A stretch of DNA of 64,000 bases, taken from assembly GCF_023055435.1 (NCBI RefSeq), contig NW_025963890.1, forward strand, positions 22,754,001 through 22,818,000, read 5' to 3'. Under the pieces are notes generated by a model that ran no database searches, was not told the DNA's origin, and saw only the letters and a program-made list of their open reading frames with translations. The DNA is from Haliotis rufescens (Eukaryota). A program made the position numbers and the translations under genes. Position 1 is the stretch's first letter, and every line of letters starts with the position of its first letter. This document shows positions 57,143-64,000 of the stretch, piece by piece.

Positions 57143-57513
57143 ATTGGAAACAAGCCACACATGTGATAATAGTAAGGCTCTTTAGTTTGACTTGTCTGTC
57201 CCAGCTTGCCTAACGTATGACACTCTTCGTGGATAGTAATCGCTTTTTAAAAGAGAGGTAACTCCGTTAAAAATCAGGATAATCTAATTTCAAAACCTGG
57301 GTTCGAACCCACCACTGTAACGTGCGTGCTGGCCTAACGCTTTATGGTCCAGTGATTGGATCAGCCTGAACTCATATTTCATTGTCAGCACTTGAGGAAT
57401 ATACAATCTAAGTGATTACATCTCTAATCCTACCTCTCGGCTTGAACAACAGAAACACTTTTCAAACTGTCACTTGACCAAATGGACAAGTCACCTGCTC
57501 TATTTTTTCAGAT

Positions 57514-57746
57514 TGTTTGTTTGTTACTCAACAATATTCCAGCTAAATGACCGCGGTCTGTAAATAATCGAGTCTGGACCAGCCGAACCAGTGATTGATG
57601 TCTTGAGCTTTGGGATACGATGACATGCATCAACCAAGTCAGCGAGCTTGACCACCCGTTACCGTTAGCCGCCTCTTACAAGTATAGGCGCCTCTTACAG
57701 CAAGCGTGGGTTTTTAAAGACCTATTCTACCCGGATCTTCACGGGG
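57514..57746 (-). mobile_element. SINE family B copy
   Basis: Reverse complement of consensus beginning cccgtgaagatccggg. Confidence 0.8.
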
Positions 57747-57769
57747 CGATTGTTTCAGTGTGAAAGCAC

Positions 57770-57992
57770 GAGTGAGTGAGTGAGTGGGTGAGTGAGTTGT
57801 ATTCCAGTTGTATCCCAGCCTACTGTGGGAGGAAAGCCCGAAATGATGCAGGTCTCAGACGTTTACCCACGAGCACGGGTATGGTGGTGATAAACCTAGA
57901 AACATAAACAGGACGAACCGGGATTCGAACCTACGATCATAGGTGCAACTCTGCACAGCGAATTACGGCACCTTAGACTACTGGGCCACCCG
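57770..57992 (-). mobile_element. tRNA-derived SINE family C
   Basis: Reverse strand gggtggcccagtagtctaagg...ggttcgaatcccgg (A/B boxes); body ggtaaacgtctgagacctgca...cgggctttcctcccaca; (actc)n tail. Confidence 0.75.
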
Positions 57993-60302
57993 TGAGAGCA
58001 TGAAGCGAGTAAAACCGCCGCAGTGCGGCCTGCTGAACCTCGTTCGAGTTGTGATCCCAGCATTTAGAACACGACTACATTCCTAACCTGCAGTGTTGCA
58101 TGGCAAATGCTGAACGTGGCACATCCTAGTTAAACCATAATCACGCAGTTTACAACGATGACGTTTCGGAAGAAGTAACACCCAAACCCAAATTTGAAAA
58201 ATCGAGTTGAAAACCACGTCAATAATGAATCCGCTACCGGGCGATTTTTGGGGTGTAAAAACATCAATTCGTGTGTACAAAAATATTCGCCTGTGTCATA
58301 GCACTTCTCTGTTGAAGCGAACAGCAGATAACCCAATCTGAAAAAAAGCGTGAAAGTAAATTGCTTAAAAGGAAGAGCTTCCCCGTGACTCTTGTGGTCC
58401 ACACCTGAAGTGTGAATGCATGTTTGTTTCGTGTCGAACCGCTTTGTATCTCGGCCACCAGTGTCAAATCATCAAATTTTAATCAAAGATTGGCAGCATC
58501 CAGATTGACACTTCCTCTTGTGTGACGTATTGATTCAGGGACCACGTGACAAGAAAGTACTGCATATCTAATGGGACCGGGACTTCGACAATGGGAGAAG
58601 TTTAGGAACAGTGTAAAGGTCGAGCTATTTCTTGTATACATTAATCTTTTTTATATAGGTTTCACGTGTGAATATGTGAGACTTATATATATTCTTTATT
58701 CGGTACAGATGTAGGACATTGGTCCATGGTGCGGTATCCGGTACAGTGTATATCTCAGTCCAGTTATACACCAATACGCTGAGGAGAGCTTGCAAATCGT
58801 AATAAAAGTTATCCAACATTCATTACATGGTAAATAAACGTAGCTAAATTTCTTAAATATGTGAGACAATTTACTTTTGTATTGGCCTCTACTTCACTTG
58901 AAACGGTTATTTGAACTTACAAATGTCGGTATAGACTGTGCGGTTTACTCAGGTTTTCCTTTGATTGGTCGGTTTTGACAGATTGTTGTAATAACCAGGT
59001 GTCGGACTTAACAATTTAGACCCTTGATGTATGTGTATATAAATATTCATTTTAAGTTATTAATACATTTATATGGACATGGGCTACATCAATTAAAACC
59101 ATTTTGTTCAGCTTAACTTTTCGTCTGGTCTGGTTACAACAAGAAATAAGCGATAAAACATTATTCCTAAATGAATTTCAGCAAAGACTATCAGATAACC
59201 TGTATCAAAACTGGCATTCTTCAACTGAATTTTATATTATATATATTTATATATAATTGTATGTATTTTACTCTAGCATGCGTGAGTTAACATGCTATAG
59301 TAATGTATTATAGGCCGGCGGCCTGTTACTGAAATCCATTGTCTGTGTTATACATCTGACTTTTATTTGCTGGTATATATGATGATAATCGAGGGACAAA
59401 CAGAATAATTTTTGCAGGTGGTGTGACAAATATAAGTAGAAATTCTGGATGTACAGCCATTTGTGTTGGTTTGAAATATCAAATGTTTACAAAGGCTGTT
59501 GGTTTGAAATATCAACTGCTTACAAAGGCATGCCAGCTGTTACCCGCTTCTATCAGCATTCAGCCGAAGGGAAACCTATCAATAGATACAGAACCCACTG
59601 TTAAATATACCTTTTTAGCGTTATGACCAACAGCAGGGGTTGGGAGTTCACATGAAAAGAGGAAAATAGGGAGTAACGATATGAAGATATATGTTTATGT
59701 CCACTGTCCAAAGTTTAAACAGTTCTTTCATGCAGAGAGTTTATTTTTCACACATCTATGAGTTTAATCGTGCAGCTATATAATGGCTTTCACAGTTTCT
59801 CAACAGCATACCCGAATAATGATCGTGATCCAAACATGAGTGTCAGTGATTATTGTGATTATTGTTTTATCGGGTTACAGCAAAACATGAAGCGTGGGGA
59901 ATAGAGCCCGGGTGTGTGCAGTAACATACAAAAATCCTGTAAGTAATGGAAGTTGGAGGTTACTTCGACAATGGACCGTGTTTGTCAAATTTTAATACTT
60001 CTTTAAATGTTGCAAATGCGATGACCATAAAGTCGTTACTACGTATTTTTCGACACTCCTTCACTACATTTGACCAAACAATCAAATAACATACCTAACG
60101 ACAAAGCTATGAGTAGAAAATCGTTTTCCCGTTGCAGATCGCACCCCTCTCTGATAACAAATGTCACTTTCTATGACGTTAAAGTAAATTGTATGATGTT
60201 ACCTTCGGTATATTTGTAAACAAACGTAATTTTGATGGTTGCGTAACTTATAACCATTAATATACCAGTATATGTATGATTACCCTTCAAGCTTTGGGTC
60301 AT

Positions 60303-60551
60303 GAGTAGACAAGTCGGCTATGGCGCCACTATTTACTGTGCAGAGTTGGCGTGCCACAGAAATAGGATCTTGGGATCGAATCCCAGATTCGCCCTGATTA
60401 TGTGTCATGGTTTACCAGCACCACAACCGTGATTCGGTTTCACCGGAGTGGTAAACGTCTAAGACCTGCACCACTTCGGGCTTTCCTCCCACATCAAGCC
60501 GATACAACTGAAATACTGTTCAAAGAGCCGTTAAGCAACCTCACTCACTCA
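60303..60551 (+). mobile_element. tRNA-derived SINE family C
   Basis: Homologous to 57770-57992 in head, body and ctcactcactc tail. Confidence 0.75.
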
Positions 60552-61508
60552 TTAAAACCCATTCTTTTTCTAGTGTTGATATAATCCTATTTTATTCCTA
60601 TATAACCGCAAATCAATTTTGCCGGTGCCAGCATTCAGTTAACATGAATGCCTGTCAATCGACGCGACACGTATGATGTGACATGAATCCTGAGTGTTGT
60701 ATTGATTGAGTAGTGCCAAATCCTACAGTAAGTAAGTGACATGCCACTGCTCATTAATCAAGCCGAAACCCATATACACAGCCAAAATAGGCCAATCTTT
60801 CACACCTTGTATTCTAACCACCCCAAAGAACTCATTAAGACGAATATACGAAAACAGCACTGAAGATAACGACTTTGGATTGATTTTCTGCCTTTGGTTC
60901 AGGGAGTTGATGAGTGGATTTGGCCCTTCCGGTCAATGTCGTCTGCTTCATTGTGTCGTCTGCTCCGGTATGTCGTCTGCTCTCTAACAGTTGATTCACT
61001 ATAGCGGTGTGATGATTTAGCTTCCTGAATTTGCTCGAGACACAGCGAGGACAGATAAAGATTCAGTCTTTGTCTCGTCTTCAAACTACTGAGTGTCGAT
61101 GACCTTTTCCACTGGTGTTGCTAGTTCGTCCTTAAAAGTGGTGAAACATTTCTTCTATTATATGATGCTCATATAACTGATATTTTGGGAAATGAGCAAT
61201 GGTTCAAGGTTCGACTGTCGATAGCAATCGTGCTGCGTGGGATGAACTCTTATAGTCCTTGTTTTGTTCGGTTTTAGCATGGGTTACTGTTTATGTCCTT
61301 CATCAAAGGTCTCGTGTCTTTATATGGTTACATTTTATTTTCTAAACGTGACCTGAATAAAACGTTTACTTTGTTTCTCTTTTTACTGGATTTTTATTGG
61401 ATTTTTTGCAATTTAAATCACGAACAAAATCTGTACCGCATCAATGATATCACCAGTATAATGTAACGTCATTCGTGACGTTTTGTATGGTTATTTTTTT
61501 TAAGGCAC

Positions 61509-62653
61509 TGTTACAACCCTTAATGTAAAAATTACTCTTACTGTAAAAAAAATTACATTAAGGGTTACGGGTTAACTCTTGTTACAACCCTTAATGTAAA
61601 AAATACTGTAAAAATGTTTACATTAAGGGTTGAAGTGATAGATAATTGTTTTTTACATTAAGTGTTATCACTATGAAATAATACTTATCGAACTTTCATG
61701 AAACTTCGGAGATTTAACTGATCGTTACTTTGTCTAGATGAGCAAATGACGAATCATTTTTCGATTCCTACTCTACAACGACCAACTGGTTGTTATATTC
61801 AGGCTTCATAACCGATTTTTATCAAACTTACTGTTTTACAAAGGTTATTTTCCGATACTCTGCAAGGTAACCTCGTTACTGTCCTAATACCGTAACGACG
61901 GAAAGGAGGACTCTCCCCAAGCAGATCAGACCAAGTTGTAGATGAAGGTCCATTAACAGAGTTTTAGGCAAAAAATAATGGACATTTGTTGCAGTATTAA
62001 GGATATGACAGTTAAGCATACATCAGAATCAAATGTTATTGCAAACGACAGGAATTCCAATGCAGTGGTGTTTGGTTAAAATAACAAAACGTAGGTTTTC
62101 CAAGTAACATTGAAGTATAGTCACTTAAAAGTTATATCTTTCGGATATGAAGTTTCTATAGCAGTTTATCATATCCTGTAGTAAGACCATTGTTGATAGG
62201 AAATAGCGAAAAAGAACATTAGGCATACGGCCTGTAGAGTATTTCATGTCAGTTAGGAACCGACCATTCGATCTTCTGTGGGAGCTGACAAAAGCTCACC
62301 ACGGAACTTCGTACCAGGTGAGCTGTAAATGCTATTTTTCGACATATTTTATGAATAAATCGTATTGGATTGTGAATAGATTTCGCATGACGGATAACGC
62401 ACGCCGTACAAAGACGGATGGCAATACGTCACATACGCCTTTCGGACAGCTTGCATGTATGGATAACAATGGAGCTAACTAGAACTGTCCTATGGGGAAT
62501 TAATGAAGGGATGTCGTACAGTGTCCGTAGCTACACCTACGTAAAATATTTTTTACATTAAGGGTTGCGGGTTGTTACTCTTAATGTAAACACGTAACCC
62601 GTAATGTAATTTTTTTTACATTAAGTGTAATTTTTACATTAAGGGTTGTAACA
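61509..62653. mobile_element. Non-autonomous DNA transposon with TGT..ACA ends and 6-bp TSD
   Basis: TIR tgttacaacccttaatgtaaaaatt / aatttttacattaagggttgtaaca; direct flanks aggcac (61503-61508, 62654-62659); subterminal repeats in both orientations. Confidence 0.88.
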
Positions 62654-63002
62654 AGGCACGAATCATATATGTTCCGATGTTAAAAAATTAAGAAGCATAA
62701 TAACTTTATAACTTTCCAAATTATCCATATCTTGCTCTGTGGCTATTTCGAAACAGACCTTTCTTTTGAAGCAACACACGTATTTTTTAAATCAATTACC
62801 ACAGGTTCAAATGAGCAGCAAAAGCAGCGGAACTCTTATAAGGAAAGGATTTCTGGATTAAATGTCGTATGTTTATTGATAGACTCGTGCAAATTTACAG
62901 ATCAAATGCAACAGCCTGAAAGACCTGCAAAATAACTAGATACAATAGTTAATAGCTTCACCCTATGTTACGTTGCTCGACCAAACGTTATGACTTTTAT
63001 AG

Positions 63003-63545
63003 CACGTCACATGACTTGCTCTAACTTGCGATTCTCACGACACGTTACATGACTTCCTCCTACTTACGATTCTCAGGACACGTCACATGACTTACTCTTA
63101 CTTGCGATTCTCACGACATGTCACATGACTTGCTCTAACTTACGAGTCTCACGACACGTAATATGACTTGCTCTAACTTACGAGTCTCACGACACGTCAC
63201 ATGACTTGCTCTAACTTACGAGTCTCACGACACGTCACATGACTTGCTCTAACTTACGAGTCTCACGACACGACATATGACTTGCTCTAACTTGCGATTC
63301 TCACGACATGTCACATGACTTGCTCTAACACGACACGTTACGTTACGTTACTTGTCCTAACTTAAGATAATCGCAACATGTTAGATGAGTTGCTCTAACT
63401 TACGATTCTCACGACATGTCACCCGACACGTTACGTTACGTTACTTGTCCTAACTTAAGATTATCGCAACATGTTAGATGAGTTGCTTTACCTTACGATT
63501 CTCACGACATGGCTCATGACTTGCTCTGACTTACAACTCATTACG
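63003..63545. repeat. 38-bp minisatellite, diverged
   Basis: Unit cacgtcacatgacttgctctaacttacgagtctcacga; 38-bp period seen at 63193 and 63231. Confidence 0.9.
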
Positions 63546-64000
63546 TCACATTACATTCGCGATTCGATTACAAGTCACGGTTCTTGTCTGTATAATTCTC
63601 GACACACATCACGTTGCTTTTTCTAACTTCTGTAACGCTCCCCACTTCTTATCGTATTAGCCGTACGTACACTCCCCCAACGCGCTCCCCTTCAATCGCT
63701 GTCAACCGCAGCTAATATAACAGGAACGACTACCCAACCGGGATTTTATTAACTGTATCCTCACCGAGAAGAGAAGACCAAATCAACCACGTTGAACAAA
63801 GCACACGTCCAACGACTCTCTTTGTACTTCAACAAAATCTTTTTAATCAAAGGTTAAAAGCGGCACTTCATCGAAATCATCAAGGGACGGGGTGCATGTA
63901 GGTATTTATTCTAGACCTACTGATGTTTGTAATAGCCATGCCAGCTATATGTCACCATCTGCGATTAGCTGCAAATTGAGCTGACCTTCATCCCTAGATG

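Noticed and set aside
57900-57992. tRNA-Leu/Ser-like gene
   Set aside because: No clean cloverleaf; continues into a body and tail shared with 60303-60551, so it is a SINE head.

Overview
AT-rich animal genomic DNA with spliceosomal introns; the SINE/MITE repertoire suggests a mollusc, possibly a gastropod (inference). The first 23 kb hold two divergently transcribed genes. On the - strand are the first three coding exons of AGBL4/CCP6 (cytosolic carboxypeptidase; ATG at 10347, gene runs off the left edge). On the + strand is a complete ELAV/Hu-family three-RRM gene (CDS 13981-20472, about 356 aa, long U-rich 3' UTR). This is the head-to-head order of human AGBL4-ELAVL4. The most notable feature is a tandem duplication of the ELAV exon encoding the RRM1-2 linker and the first half of RRM2: two intact 154-nt exons, 4a (17702-17855) and 4b (17919-18072), 63 nt apart and frame-incompatible, so obligately mutually exclusive. 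They are flanked by competing intronic base-pairing segments and three downstream UGCAUG motifs. A stop-introducing alternative acceptor lies before exon 5, and there are several candidate first exons. The remaining ~41 kb has no recognisable host exon. It contains SINEs of several families, MITEs (including an AcademH-like element with a RecQ Q-motif remnant and a TGT..ACA element with a 6-bp TSD), decayed retroelement/MULE fragments, five large tandem arrays and one assembly gap.
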